A stretch of DNA of 64,000 nucleotides from Eledone cirrhosa (GCA_964016885.1 OZ024742.1:365428001-365492000), one strand, 5' to 3'; positions 31,901-46,752 are shown, counted from the stretch's first letter. The notes: generated by a model from the sequence alone, not told the origin. Numbers and translations are program-made.

Positions 31901-34900
31901 ACGTTGGTAGTGATGGTAGGAGTGAGACGTCAACAGTGTCATAACGTTTGTAGTGATGATAACAGTGAGACGTCAACAGTGTCATAACGTTTGTAGTGCT
32001 TGTAGCAGTGAGACGTCAACAGTGTCATAACGTTGGTAGTGATGGTAGGAGTGAGACGTCAACAGTGTCATAACGTTGGTAGTGATGGTAGGAGTGAGAC
32101 GTCAACAGTGTCATAACGTTGGTAGTGATGGTAGGAGTGAGACGTCAACAGTGTCATAACGTTGATAGTGATGGTAGGAGTGAGACGTCAACAGTGTCAT
32201 AACGTTGGTAGTAATGGTAGGAGACGTCAACAGTGTCATAACGTTGGTAGTGATGGTAGCAGTGAGACGTCAACAGTGTCATAACGTTGGTAGTAATGGT
32301 AGGAGACGTCAACAGTGTCATAACGTTGGTAGTGATGGTAGCAGTGAGACGTCAACAGTGTCATAACGTTGGTAGTGATGGTAGGAGTGAGACGTCAACA
32401 GTGTCATAACGTTGGTAGTGATGGTAGGAGTGAGACGTCAACAGTGTCATAACGTTGGTAGTGATGATAACAGTGAGACGTCAACAGTGTCATAACGTTG
32501 GTTGTGATGGTAGGAGTGAGACGTCAACAGTGTCATAACGTTGGTAGTGATGGTAACAGTGAGACATCAACAGTGTCATAATGTTGGTAGTAATGGTAGG
32601 AGTCAGACGTAAACAGTGTCATAACGTTGGTAGTGATGGTAGGAGTGAGACGTCAACAGTGTCATAACGTTGGTAGTGATGATAACAGTGAGACGTCAAC
32701 AGTGTCATAACGTTGGTTGTGATGGCAGGAGTGAGACGTCAACAGTGTCATAACGTTGGTAGTGATGGTAGCAGTGAGACGTCAACAGTGTCATAACGTT
32801 GATAGTGATGGTAGGAGTGAGACGTCAACAGTGTCATAACGTTGGTAGTAATGGTAGGAGACGTCAACAGTGTCATAACGTTGGTAGTGATGGTAGGAGT
32901 GAGACGTCAACAGTGTCATAACGTTGGTAGTAATGGTAGGAGACGTCAACAGTGTCATAACGTTGGTAGTGATGGTAGCAGTGAGACGTCAACAGTGTCA
33001 TAACGTTGGTAGTGATGGTAGGAGTGAGACGTCAACAGTGTCATAACGTTGGTAGTGATGGTAGGAGTGAGACGTCAACAGTGTCATAACGTTGGTAGTG
33101 ATGATAACAGTGAGACGTCAACAGTGTCATAACGTTGGTTGTGATGGTAGGAGTGAGACGTCAACAGTGTCATAACGTTGGTAGTGATGGTAGGAGTGAG
33201 ACGTCAACAGTGTCATAACGTTGGTAGTGATGGTAGGAGTGAGACGTCAACAGTGTCATAACGTTGGTAGTGATGGTAGGAGTGAGACGTCAACAGTGTC
33301 ATAACGTTGATAGTGATGGTAGGAGTGAGACGTCAACAGTGTCATAACGTTGGTAGTAATGGTAGGAGACGTCAACAGTGTCATAACGTTGGTAGTGATG
33401 GTAGCAGTGAGACGTCAACAGTGTCATAACGTTGGTAGTAATGGTAGGAGACGTCAACAGTGTCATAACGTTGGTAGTGATGGTAGCAGTGAGACGTCAA
33501 CAGTGTCATAACGTTGGTAGTGATGGTAGGAGTGAGACGTCAACAGTGTCATAACGTTGGTAGTGATGGTAGGAGTGAGACGTCAACAGTGTCATAACGT
33601 TGGTAGTGATGATAACAGTGAGACGTCAACAGTGTCATAACGTTGGTTGTGATGGTAGGAGTGAGACGTCAACAGTGTCATAACGTTGGTAGTGATGATA
33701 ACAGTGAGACATCAACAGTGTCATAATGTTGGTAGTAATGGTAGGAGTCAGACGTAAACAGTGTCATAACGTTGGTAGTGATGGTAGGAGTGAGACGTCA
33801 ACAGTGTCATAACGTTGGTAGTGATGATAACAGTGAGACGTCAACAGTGTCATAACGTTGGTTGTGATGGTAGGAGTGAGACGTCAACAGTGTCATAACG
33901 TTGGTAGTGATGGTAGCAGTGAGACGTTTAACAGTGTCATAACGTTGGTAGTGATGGTAGGAGTGAGACGTCAACAGTGTCATAACGTTGGTAGTAATGG
34001 TAGGAGTCAGACGTCAACAGTGTCTTAACTTTGGTAGTGATGGTAGGAGTCAGATGTCAACAGTGTCATAACGTTGGTAGTGATGGTAGCAGTGAGACGT
34101 CAACAGTGTCATAACGTTTGTAGTGATGGTAACAGTGAGACGTCAACAGTGTAATAACGTTGGTAGTGATGGTAGCAGTGAGACGTCAACAGTGTCATAA
34201 CGTTGGTAGTGATGGTAGCAGTGAGATGTCAACAGTGTCATAACGTTGGTAGTGATGGTAGGAGTGAGACGTCAACAGTGTCATAACGTTGGTAGTGATG
34301 GTAGCAGTGAGACGTCAACAGTGTCATAACGTTGGTAGTGATGGTAGCAGTGAGACGTCAACAGTGTCATAACGTTTGTAGTGCTTGTAGCAGTGAGACG
34401 TCAACAGTGTCATAACGTTGGTAGTGATGGTAGGAGTGAGACGTCAACAGTGTCATAACGTTGGTAGTGATGGTAGGAGTGAGACGTCAACAGTGTCATA
34501 ACGTTGGTAGTGATGGTAGGAGTGAGACGTCAACAGTGTCATAACGTTGGTAGTGATGGTAGCAGTGAGACGTCAACAGTGTCATAACGTTGGTAGTGAT
34601 GGTAGCAGTGGGATGTCAACAGTGTCATAACGTTTGTAGTGCTTGTAGCAGTGAGACGTCAACAGTGTCATAACGTTGGTAGTGATGGTAGGAGTGAGAC
34701 GTCAACAGTGTCATAACGTTGGTAGTGATGGTAGGAGTGAGACGTCAACAGTGTCATAACGTTGGTAGTGATGGTAGGAGTGAGACGTCAACAGTGTCAT
34801 AACGTTGATAGTGATGGTAGGAGTGAGACGTCAACAGTGTCATAACGTTGGTAGTAATGGTAGGAGACGTCAACAGTGTCATAACGTTGGTAGTGATGGT

Positions 34901-37900
34901 AGGAGTGAGACGTCAACAGTGTCATAACGTTGGTAGTAATGGTAGGAGACGTCAACAGTGTCATAACGTTGGTAGTGATGGTAGCAGTGAGACGTCAACA
35001 GTGTCATAACGTTGGTAGTGATGGTAGGAGTGAGACGTCAACAGTGTCATAACGTTGGTAGTGATGGTAGGAGTGAGACGTCAACAGTGTCATAACGTTT
35101 GTAGTGATGATAACAGTGAGACGTCAACAGTGTCATAACGTTTGTAGTGCTTGTAGCAGTGAGACGTCAACAGTGTCATAACGTTGGTAGTGATGGTAGG
35201 AGTGAGACGTCAACAGTGTCATAACGTTGGTAGTGATGGTAGGAGTGAGACGTCAACAGTGTCATAACGTTGGTAGTGATGGTAGGAGTGAGACGTCAAC
35301 AGTGTCATAACGTTGATAGTGATGGTAGGAGTGAGACGTCAACAGTGTCATAACGTTGGTAGTAATGGTAGGAGACGTCAACAGTGTCATAACGTTGGTA
35401 GTGATGGTAGCAGTGAGACGTCAACAGTGTCATAACGTTGGTAGTGATGGTAGGAGACGTCAACAGTGTCATAACGTTGGTAGTGATGGTAGCAGTGAGA
35501 CGTCAACAGTGTCATAACGTTGGTAGTGATGGTAGGAGTGAGACGTCAACAGTGTCATAACGTTGGTAGTGATGGTAGGAGTGAGACGTCAACAGTGTCA
35601 TAACGTTGGTAGTGACGATAACAGTGAGACGTCAACAGTGTCATAACGTTGGTTGTGATGGTAGGAGTGAGACGTCAACAGTGTCATAACGTTGGTAGTG
35701 ATGGTAACAGTGAGACATCAACAGTGTCATAATGTTGGTAGTAATGGTAGGAGTCAGACGTAAACAGTGTCATAACGTTGGTAGTGATGGTAGGAGTGAG
35801 ACGTCAACAGTGTCATAACGTTGGTAGTGATGATAACAGTGAGACGTCAACAGTGTCATAACGTTGGTTGTGATGGCAGGAGTGAGACGTCAACAGTGTC
35901 ATAACGTTGGTAGTGATGGTAGCAGTGAGACGTCAACAGTGTCATAACGTTGATAGTGATGGTAGGAGTGAGACGTCAACAGTGTCATAACGTTGGTAGT
36001 AATGGTAGGAGACGTCAACAGTGTCATAACGTTGGTAGTGATGGTAGGAGTGAGACGTCAACAGTGTCATAACGTTGGTAGTAATGGTAGGAGACGTCAA
36101 CAGTGTCATAACGTTGGTAGTGATGGTAGCAGTGAGACGTCAACAGTGTCATAACGTTGGTAGTGATGGTAGGAGTGAGACGTCAACAGTGTCATAACGT
36201 TGGTAGTGATGGTAGGAGTGAGACGTCAACAGTGTCATAACGTTGGTAGTGATGATAACAGTGAGACGTCAACAGTGTCATAACGTTGGTTGTGATGGTA
36301 GGAGTGAGACGTCAACAGTGTCATAACGTTGGTAGTGATGGTAGGAGTGAGACGTCAACAGTGTCATAACGTTGGTAGTGATGGTAGGAGTGAGACGTCA
36401 ACAGTGTCATAACGTTGGTAGTGATGGTAGGAGTGAGACGTCAACAGTGTCATAACGTTGATAGTGATGGTAGGAGTGAGACGTCAACAGTGTCATAACG
36501 TTGGTAGTAATGGTAGGAGACGTCAACAGTGTCATAACGTTGGTAGTGATGGTAGCAGTGAGACGTCAACAGTGTCATAACGTTGGTAGTAATGGTAGGA
36601 GACGTCAACAGTGTCATAACGTTGGTAGTGATGGTAGCAGTGAGACGTCAACAGTGTCATAACGTTGGTAGTGATGGTAGGAGTGAGACGTCAACAGTGT
36701 CATAACGTTGGTAGTGATGGTAGGAGTGAGACGTCAACAGTGTCATAACGTTGGTAGTGATGATAACAGTGAGACGTCAACAGTGTCATAACGTTGGTTG
36801 TGATGGTAGGAGTGAGACGTCAACAGTGTCATAACGTTGGTAGTGATGATAACAGTGAGACATCAACAGTGTCATAATGTTGGTAGTAATGGTAGGAGTC
36901 AGACGTAAACAGTGTCATAACGTTGGTAGTGATGGTAGGAGTGAGACGTCAACAGTGTCATAACGTTGGTAGTGATGATAACAGTGAGACGTCAACAGTG
37001 TCATAACGTTGGTTGTGATGGTAGGAGTGAGACGTCAACAGTGTCATAACGTTGGTAGTGATGGTAGCAGTGAGACGTTTAACAGTGTCATAACGTTGGT
37101 AGTGATGGTAGGAGTGAGACGTCAACAGTGTCATAACGTTGGTAGTAATGGTAGGAGTCAGACGTCAACAGTGTCTTAACTTTGGTAGTGATGGTAGGAG
37201 TCAGATGTCAACAGTGTCATAACGTTGGTAGTGATGGTAGCAGTGAGACGTCAACAGTGTCATAACGTTTGTAGTGATGGTAACAGTGAGACGTCAACAG
37301 TGTAATAACGTTGGTAGTGATGGTAGCAGTGAGACGTCAACAGTGTCATAACGTTGGTAGTGATGGTAGCAGTGAGATGTCAACAGTGTCATAACGTTGG
37401 TAGTGATGGTAGGAGTGAGACGTCAACAGTGTCATAACGTTGGTAGTGATGGTAGCAGTGAGACGTCAACAGTGTCATAACGTTGGTAGTGATGGTAGCA
37501 GTGAGACGTCAACAGTGTCATAACGTTTGTAGTGCTTGTAGCAGTGAGACGTCAACAGTGTCATAACGTTGGTAGTGATGGTAGGAGTGAGACGTCAACA
37601 GTGTCATAACGTTGGTTGTGATGGTAGGAGTGAGACGTCAACAGTGTCATAACGTTGGTAGTGATGGTAGCAGTGAGACGTCAACAGTGTCATAACGTTG
37701 GTAGTGATGGTAGGAGTGAGACGTCAACAGTGTCATAACGTTGGTAGTAATGGTAGGAGTCAGACGTCAACAGTGTCTTAACTTTGGTAGTGATGGTAGG
37801 AGTCAGATGTCAACAGTCTCATAACGTTGGTAGTGATGGTAGGAGTGAGACGTCAACAGTGTCATAACGTTGGTAGTAATGGTAGGAGACGTCAACAGTG

Positions 37901-40900
37901 TCATAACGTTCGTAGTGATGGTAGCAGTGAGACGTCAACAGTGTCATAACGTTGGTAGTAATGGTAGGAGACGTCAACAGTGTCATAACGTTGGTAGTGA
38001 TGGTAGCAGTGAGACGTCAACAGTGTCATAACGTTGGTAGTGATGGTAGGAGTGAGACGTCAACAGTGTCATAACGTTGGTAGTGATGGTAGGAGTGAGA
38101 CGTCAACAGTGTCATAACGTTGGTAGTGATGATAACAGTGAGACGTCAACAGTGTCATAACGTTGGTTGTGATGGTAGGAGTGAGACGTCAACAGTGTCA
38201 TAACGTTGGTAGTGATGGTAACAGTGAGACATCAACAGTGTCATAATGTTGGTAGTAATGGTAGGAGTCAGACGTAAACAGTGTCATAACGTTGGTAGTG
38301 ATGGTAGGAGTGAGACGTCAACAGTGTCATAACGTTGGTAGTGATGATAACAGTGAGACGTCAACAGTGTCATAACGTTGGTTGTGATGGTAGGAGTGAG
38401 ACGTCAACAGTGTCATAACGTTGGTAGTGATGGTAGCAGTGAGACGTCAACAGTGTCATAACGTTGATAGTGATGGTAGGAGTGAGACGTCAACAGTGTC
38501 ATAACGTTGGTAGTAATGGTAGGAGACGTCAACAGTGTCATAACGTTGGTAGTGATGGTAGGAGTGAGACGTCAACAGTGTCATAACGTTGATAGTAATG
38601 GTAGGAGACGTCAACAGTGTCATAACGTTGTTAGTGATGGTAGCAGTGAGACGTCAACAGTGTCATAACGTTGGTAGTGATGGTAGGAGTGAGACGTCAA
38701 CAGTGTCATAACGTTGGTAGTGATGGTAGGAGTGAGACGTCAACAGTGTCATAACGTTGGTAGTGATGATAACAGTGAGACGTCAACAGTGTCATAACGT
38801 TGGTTGTGATGGTAGGAGTGAGACGTCAACAGTGTCATAACGTTGGTAGTGATGGTAGGAGTGAGACGTCAACAGTGTCATAACGTTGGTAGTGATGGTA
38901 GGAGTGAGACGTCAACAGTGTCATAACGTTGGTAGTAATGGTAGGAGACGTCAACAGTGTCATAACGTTGGTAGTGATGGTAGCAGTGAGACGTCAACAG
39001 TGTCATAACGTTGGTAGTAATGGTAGGAGACGTCAACAGTGTCATAACGTTGGTAGTGATGGTAGCAGTGAGACGTCAACAGTGTCATAACGTTTGTAGT
39101 GCTTGTAGCAGTGAGACGTCAACAGTGTCATAACGTTGGTAGTGATGGTAGGAGTGAGACGTCAACAGTGTCATAACGTTGGTAGTGATGGTAGGAGTGA
39201 GACGTCAACAGTGTCATAACGTTGGTAGTGATGGTAGGAGTGAGACGTCAACAGTGTCATAACGTTGGTTGTGATGGTAGGAGTGAGACGTCAACAGTGT
39301 CATAACGTTGGTAGTGATGGTAACAGTGAGACATCAACAGTGTCATAATGTTGGTAGTAATGGTAGGAGTCAGACGTAAACAGTGTCATAACGTTGGTAG
39401 TGATGCTAGGAGTGAGACGTCAAGAGTGTCATAACGTTGGTAGTGATGATAACAGTGAGACGTCAACAGTGTCATAACGTTGGTTGTGATGGTAGGAGTG
39501 AGACGTCAACAGTGTCATAACGTTGGTAGTGATGGTAGCAGTGAGACGTCAACAGTGTCATAACGTTGGTAGTGATGGTAGGAGTGAGACGTCAACAGTG
39601 TCATAACGTTGGTAGTAATGGTAGGAGTCAGACGTCAACAGTGTCTTAACTTTGGTAGTGATGGTAGGAGTCAGATGTCAACAGTCTCATAACGTTGGTA
39701 GTGATGGTAGGAGTGAGACGTCAACAGTGTCATAACGTTGGTAGTAATGGTAGGAGACGTCAACAGTGTCATAACGTTCGTAGTGATGGTAGCAGTGAGA
39801 CGTCAACAGTGTCATAACGTTGGTAGTAATGGTAGGAGACGTAAACAGTGTCATAACGTTGGTAGTGATGGTAGCAGTGAGACGTCAACAGTGTCATAAC
39901 GTTGGTAGTGATGGTAGGAGTGAGACGTCAACAGTGTCATAACGTTGGTAGTGATGGTAGGAGTGAGACGTCAACAGTGTCATAACGTTGGTAGTGATGA
40001 TAACAGTGAGACGTCAACAGTGTCATAACGTTGGTTGTGATGGTAGGAGTGAGACGTCAACAGTGTCATAACGTTGGTAGTGATGGTAACAGTGAGACAT
40101 CAACAGTGTCATAATGTTGGTAGTAATGGTAGGAGTCAGACGTAAACAGTGTCATAACGTTGGTAGTGATGGTAGGAGTGAGACGTCAACAGTGTCATAA
40201 CGTTGGTAGTGATGATAACAGTGAGACGTCAACAGTGTCATAACGTTGGTTGTGATGGTAGGAGTGAGACGTCAACAGTGTCATAACGTTGGTAGTGATG
40301 GTAGCAGTGAGACGTCAACAGTGTCATAACGTTGATAGTGATGGTAGGAGTGAGACGTCAACAGTGTCATAACGTTGGTAGTAATGGTAGGAGACGTCAA
40401 CAGTGTCATAACGTTGGTAGTGATGGTAGGAGTGAGACGTCAACAGTGTCATAACGTTGGTAGTAATGGTAGGAGACGTCAACAGTGTCATAACGTTGTT
40501 AGTGATGGTAGCAGTGAGACGTCAACAGTGTCATAACGTTGGTAGTGATGGTAGGAGTGAGACGTCAACAGTGTCATAACGTTGGTAGTGATGGTAGGAG
40601 TGAGACGTCAACAGTGTCATAACGTTGGTAGTGATGATAACAGTGAGACGTCAACAGTGTCATAACGTTGGTTGTGATGGTAGGAGTGAGACGTCAACAG
40701 TGTCATAACGTTGGTAGTGATGGTAGGAGTGAGACGTCAACAGTGTCATAACGTTGGTAGTGATGGTAGGAGTGAGACGTCAACAGTGTCATAACGTTGG
40801 TAGTGATGGTAGGAGTGAGACGTCAACAGTGTCATAACGTTGATAGTGATGGTAGGAGTGAGACGTCAACAGTGTCATAACGTTGGTAGTAATGGTAGGA

Positions 40901-43451
40901 GACGTCAACAGTGTCATAACGTTGGTAGTGATGGTAGCAGTGAGACGTCAACAGTGTCATAACGTTGGTAGTAATGGTAGGAGACGTCAACAGTGTCATA
41001 ACGTTGGTAGTGATGGTAGCAGTGAGACGTCAACAGTGTCATAACGTTGGTAGTGATGGTAGGAGTGAGACGTCAACAGTGTCATAACGTTGGTAGTGAT
41101 GGTAGGAGTGAGACGTCAACAGTGTCATAACGTTGGTAGTGATGATAACAGTGAGACGTCAACAGTGTCATAACGTTGGTTGTGATGGTAGGAGTGAGAC
41201 GTCAACAGTGTCATAACGTTGGTAGTGATGATAACAGTGAGACATCAACAGTGTCATAATGTTGGTAGTAATGGTAGGAGTCAGACGTAAACAGTGTCAT
41301 AACGTTGGTAGTGATGGTAGGAGTGAGACGTCAACAGTGTCATAACGTTGGTAGTGATGATAACAGTGAGACGTCAACAGTGTCATAACGTTGGTTGTGA
41401 TGGTAGGAGTGAGACGTCAACAGTGTCATAACGTTGGTAGTGATGGTAGCAGTGAGACGTCAACAGTGTCATAACGTTGGTAGTGATGGTAGGAGTGAGA
41501 CGTCAACAGTGTCATAACGTTGGTAGTAATGGTAGGAGTCAGACGTCAACAGTGTCTTAACTTTGGTAGTGATGGTAGGAGTCAGATGTCAACAGTGTCA
41601 TAACGTTTGTAGTGATGGTAACAGTGAGACGTCAACAGTGTAATAACGTTGGTAGTGATGGTAGCAGTGAGACGTCAACAGTGTCATAACGTTGGTAGTG
41701 ATGGTAGCAGTGAGACGTCAACAGTGTCATAACGTTGGTAGTGATGGTAGGAGTGAGACGTCAACAGTGTCATAACGTTGGTAGTGATGGTAGCAGTGAG
41801 ACGTCAACAGTGTCATAACGTTGGTAGTGATGGTAGCAGTGAGACGTCAACAGTGTCATAACGTTTGTAGTGCTTGTAGCAGTGAGACGTCAACAGTGTC
41901 ATAACGTTGGTAGTGATGGTAGGAGTGAGACGTCAACAGTGTCATAACGTTGGTAGTGATGGTAGGAGTGAGACGTCAACAGTGTCATAACGTTGGTAGT
42001 GATGATAACAGTGAGACGTCAACAGTGTCATAACGTTGGTTGTGATGGTAGGAGTGAGACGTCAACAGTGTCATAACGTTGGTAGTGATGGTAACAGTGA
42101 GACATCAACAGTGTCATAATGTTGGTAGTAATGGTAGGAGTCAGACGTAAACAGTGTCATAACGTTGGTAGTGATGGTAGGAGTGAGACGTCAAGAGTGT
42201 CATAACGTTGGTAGTGATGATAATAGTGAGACGTCAACAGTGTCATAACGTTGGTTGTGATGGTAGGAGTGAGACGTCAACAGTGTCATAACGTTGGTAG
42301 TGATGGTAACAGTGAGACGTCAACAGTGTCATAACGTTGGTAGTGATGGTAGGAGTGAGACGTCAACAGTGTCATAACGTTGGTAGTAATGGTAGGAGTC
42401 AGACGTCAACAGTGTCTTAACTTTGGTAGTGATGGTAGGAGTCAGATGTCAACAGTGTCATAACGTTGGTTGTGATGGTAGGAGTGAGACGTCAACAGTG
42501 TCATAACGTTTGTAGTGATGGTAACAGTGAGACGTCAACAGTGTAATAACGTTGGTAGTGATGGTAGCAGTGAGACGTCAACAGTGTCATAACGTTGGTA
42601 GTGATGTTAGCAGTGAGACGTCAACAGTGTCATAACGTTGGTAGTGATGGTAGGAGTGAGACGTCAACAGTGTCATAACGTTGGTAGTGATGGTAGCAGT
42701 GAGACGTCAACAGTGTCATAACGTTGGTAGTGATGGTAGCAGTGAGACGTCAACAGTGTCATAACGTTTGTAGTGCTTGTAGCAGTGAGACGTCAACAGT
42801 GTCATAACGTTGGTAGTGATGGTAGGAGTGAGACGTCAACAGTGTCATAACGTTGGTAGTGATGGTAGCAGTGAGACGTCAACAGTGTCATAACGTTGGT
42901 AGTGATGGTAGGAGTGAGACGTCAACAGTGTCATAACGTTGATAGTGATGGTAGGAGTGAGACGTCAACAGTGTCATAACGTTGGTAGTGATGGTAGGAG
43001 TGAGACGTCAACAGTGTCATAACGTTGGTAGTGATGGTAGCAGTGAGACGTCAACAGTGTCATAACGTTTGTAGTGCTTGTAGCAGTGAGACGTCAACAG
43101 TGTCATAACGTTTGTAGTGATTTGTAGGAGTGAGACGTCAACAGTGTCATAACGTTGGTAGTGATGGTAGGAGTGAGACGTCAACAGTGTCATAACGTTG
43201 GTAGTGATGGTAGGAGTGAGACGTCAACAGTGTCATAACGTTGATAGTGATGGTAGGAGTGAGACGTCAACAGTGTCATAACGTTGGTAGTGTTGGTAGC
43301 AGTGAGACGTCAACAGTGTCATAACGTTGGTAGTGATGGTAGGAGTGAGACGTCAACAGTGTCATAACGTTGGTAGTGATGGTAGGAGTGAGACGTCAAC
43401 AGTGTCATAACGTTGGTAGTGATGGTAGCAGTGAGACGTCAAAAGTGTCAT
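28963..43451. repeat. 43-bp tandem satellite AACGTTGGTAGTGATGGTAG(G/C)AGTGAGACGTCAACAGTGTCAT with a recurrent 39-bp variant, ~340 copies
   Basis: TCAACAG recurs at 29761 and 29804. The 39-bp variant is GTAATGGTAGGAGACGTC. Both boundaries are sharp. Confidence 0.98.
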
Positions 43452-43999
43452 GGCTGCTGATACAGCTATCATGGCTCATTCAGTTACTTCCGTCCATCTT
43501 CATCATCATCATCAGCTAACCCATTTAGGTGACCTAGTGTACACCCACAGTACTTCGCGGTATCTGCTCCTGCCCTCTCAGTTCAGAATTTGCCTTGGTC
43601 AACTTTACCTTTCATCCTTTCAAGTTCAATAAAAAATGACCAAGATACTCTCATGGAATGACCAAATGAGGTTTATTTCTCAACATAGTCCCTGGAAAGA
43701 AACAATGCAGTTCTTAATAAGAAGAGTTGAAATTAATACGTACAAGATTTCACAGCTCTAGCATCACTTCCTTATAGTCAACCTAAGAAACTTCCAGCCC
43801 CCCCCCCCCTCATATTTTGGCCCAAATATTTACACAATATACACTAATATTAATACATTATTTACTGGATATATTATATTTTATATTCCTTCATTTTACG
43901 AATCATTAAACGCGATTGTTACAGTTTTACGAAATAGGCAGACATATAAATACATGTACTCAAAAACAAATACATATATACACCCCAATCAGAGAGTAG

Positions 44000-44044
44000 A
44001 TATATACGCGTGTATATAAATACATATGCATACAGTCAGGAACG

Positions 44045-44076
<32 letters not shown>

Positions 44077-44103
44077 CACATGCAATTATGAGTGTGTGCT
44101 TGC

Positions 44104-44145
<42 letters not shown>

Positions 44146-44181
44146 GCAAGGACACACACACACATGCACACACACACACGC

Positions 44182-44240
<59 letters not shown>

Positions 44241-44566
44241 AAGACACAAATAGAACCGAATTTCCCCATCATTAAACTGAACTATCAATGCGTTACATAC
44301 ATTACACATAACTATATAGTCATATATTTGTATATGAAGACTAGCATGCACATGCACATACATTTATATATACATATACGCCCACGGACACCCACTACTA
44401 TACACATCGTACTTTTACATTATATATATATGTGTATATATATTTATAAGTATACATACGTATGTACCTCATACACTCAAACCTCCACGACTAAACACAC
44501 TCCACTATTACATTATATACATACATATGTACATATATGCACTACAAGACACATTCCATTTTACAT

Positions 44567-44599
<33 letters not shown>

Positions 44600-44621
44600 C
44601 ATATATATATATATATATCAT

Positions 44622-44653
<32 letters not shown>

Positions 44654-44700
44654 CATACACAAACACACACACATACATATATATATATATATCTATCTAT
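44000..44700. repeat. Degenerate (TA)n/(CA)n low-complexity region
   Basis: Read directly from the sequence. Confidence 0.85.
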
Positions 44701-44760
44701 AGGTAAAGGTGGAGGTTTTTTTCGGCGGTGTTGATGATATTATTTGATGTTGTTGTTGTT

Positions 44761-44844
44761 ATTGGTGGAGATATTCTGTCCCTCTCCCCGACATCTCCCT
44801 CAGTAGTCACGTGACATGTGGTCTGTTTACCGAGACAGGAAGTG
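44761..44844. promoter_or_regulatory. Candidate cis-regulatory module (CCAAT, palindromic E-box, forkhead and ETS motifs)
   Basis: ATTGG at 44761, GTCACGTGAC at 44806-44815, CATGTG at 44815-44820, TGTTTAC at 44824-44830 and CAGGAAGTG at 44836-44844, all in a non-repetitive island. Confidence 0.35.
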
Positions 44845-44942
44845 TAATGTTTTATATTTTAAGCATCATTGAGTCTTCATTCCGAACACAGTTGTTTCTT
44901 TAATATTGTAATGTGAAAATAGCAATACAGCTTCGCTAGACT

Positions 44943-45273
44943 ACACATACTCACACACTCACACTCACTCACACTCACTCACACACTCACGCACTCACAC
45001 ACTCACACACACATACACATACACACACTCACACACTCACGCACTCACACACTCACACACACATACACACATACAGACACTCACACACTCACACACGCTC
45101 ACACACACTCACACACTCACACACCCACACACTTATACTCACATACACACACTCACACACACATACTCACATACTCACACACTCACACACACATACTCAC
45201 ATACTCACACACTCACAAACACACACACTCGCACACTCACACACAAATACACACACGCACACACACTCACACA

Positions 45274-45309
<36 letters not shown>

Positions 45310-45416
45310 TCATTCTACTTTCATTAAATATCGAATACTACTTTGTATCATGGTCATTTATATAGTGACATATATATGTCTATCTCGTCTCTCTCTCCCC
45401 TCCACCACCTCCCTCT

Positions 45417-45455
<39 letters not shown>

Positions 45456-46168
45456 TGAAATAGAGAGAGAGAGCGATCTGTCTGATGAACTACATATATA
45501 TATGTATATATATATGTATATAAACGTGTTTGTGGTGGGTATTTATATATAAATATATAAATATATATATATATTTGTGTGTGTGTATGTGTGTATGTGT
45601 GTGTGTATGTGTGTGTGTGTGTGTGCGTGTATGTGTGTGTATGTATGTGTGTGTGTGTGTATGTGTGTGCGTGTATGTGTGTGTATATGTGTCTATGTAT
45701 GTGTGTGTGTGTATGTGTGTATGTGGGTGTATATGTGTGTATACATACATAGAGAGAGAGAGGCGGGGGGGATCTAGTGAAGTGCAACATAAGGTATAAT
45801 CTGAAAAGATTAAGAGGAACTGATGACAGTTTAAGAAGATCAGAAAGTACTAGAGAAGAGATGGGAGAGAGAGAGAGAGAGAGAGAGAGGTAGAAAAGGG
45901 GAGTTGTATATATAGAGAGAGGGTGTGAGAGAGAGGTAGCAGACAATGACACAGATATGTGTAGTTGAGGTAAAGAGTTCACTTCCTAATCAGAGCAGCT
46001 TCGTTTCAGGCCCATTTCATACTTTGAGGAATTCATTGACCTTGCGTGAGCGTGTGTATGTGCATGTGTTCTTGTGTGTGTTCATGTGTGTGTGTGTGTG
46101 TGTGTTTGTGTATGTACTTATGTGTGTGTCCGTGTATATTTGTGTGTGTGTATGTTTGTGTGTGAGTT

Positions 46169-46224
<56 letters not shown>

Positions 46225-46396
46225 TGTGTGTGTGAGTTTATGCCTGTGTGAGTGTCTGTGTATGTTTGTGTGTGTCTGTGTATGTGTGTGTGTGTGTGTG
46301 TGTTTGTTTGTGTGTGTGAGTTTATGCCTGTGTGGGTGTCTGTGTCTGTGTATGTTTGCGTTTGTCTGTGTATGTTTGTGTGTGTGTATGTGTTTA
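44943..46396. repeat. Cluster of degenerate (CA)n/(CACACT)n, (TG)n/(TATGTG)n and (GA)n microsatellites
   Basis: Blocks at 44943-45310, 45416-45760 and 46050-46396. Confidence 0.9.
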
Positions 46397-46752
46397 TGAC
46401 ACATGACATAGCATCGTATTTGATCAAAAAGAAAGACAAGATCGTTAAAATATGTCCCAGACTTGAGTTACTCCAGACGTGTGTTAAGTGAGGCCCAACC
46501 TCAGTTTAATGAGTGAAGTCAGTAAAAGAACAAAAGAAGAGGAGTTTTACAGCAACTTCTTATTGAATGAACATTGAAGTTCAACAATCTACTCTTTTGA
46601 CAAAGTTTATAACACAGAATACACAACAGTAATAATACTGAATAGGTGAGTAAAGTATGGGGTTATACAAAAGAAACTCTGGTTTCCCCGGGTCTTTGCT
46701 ATCTGTTGGTCACCTCTAATAGCGGTAGCATCTCTACCTATCCAGTGGTATG

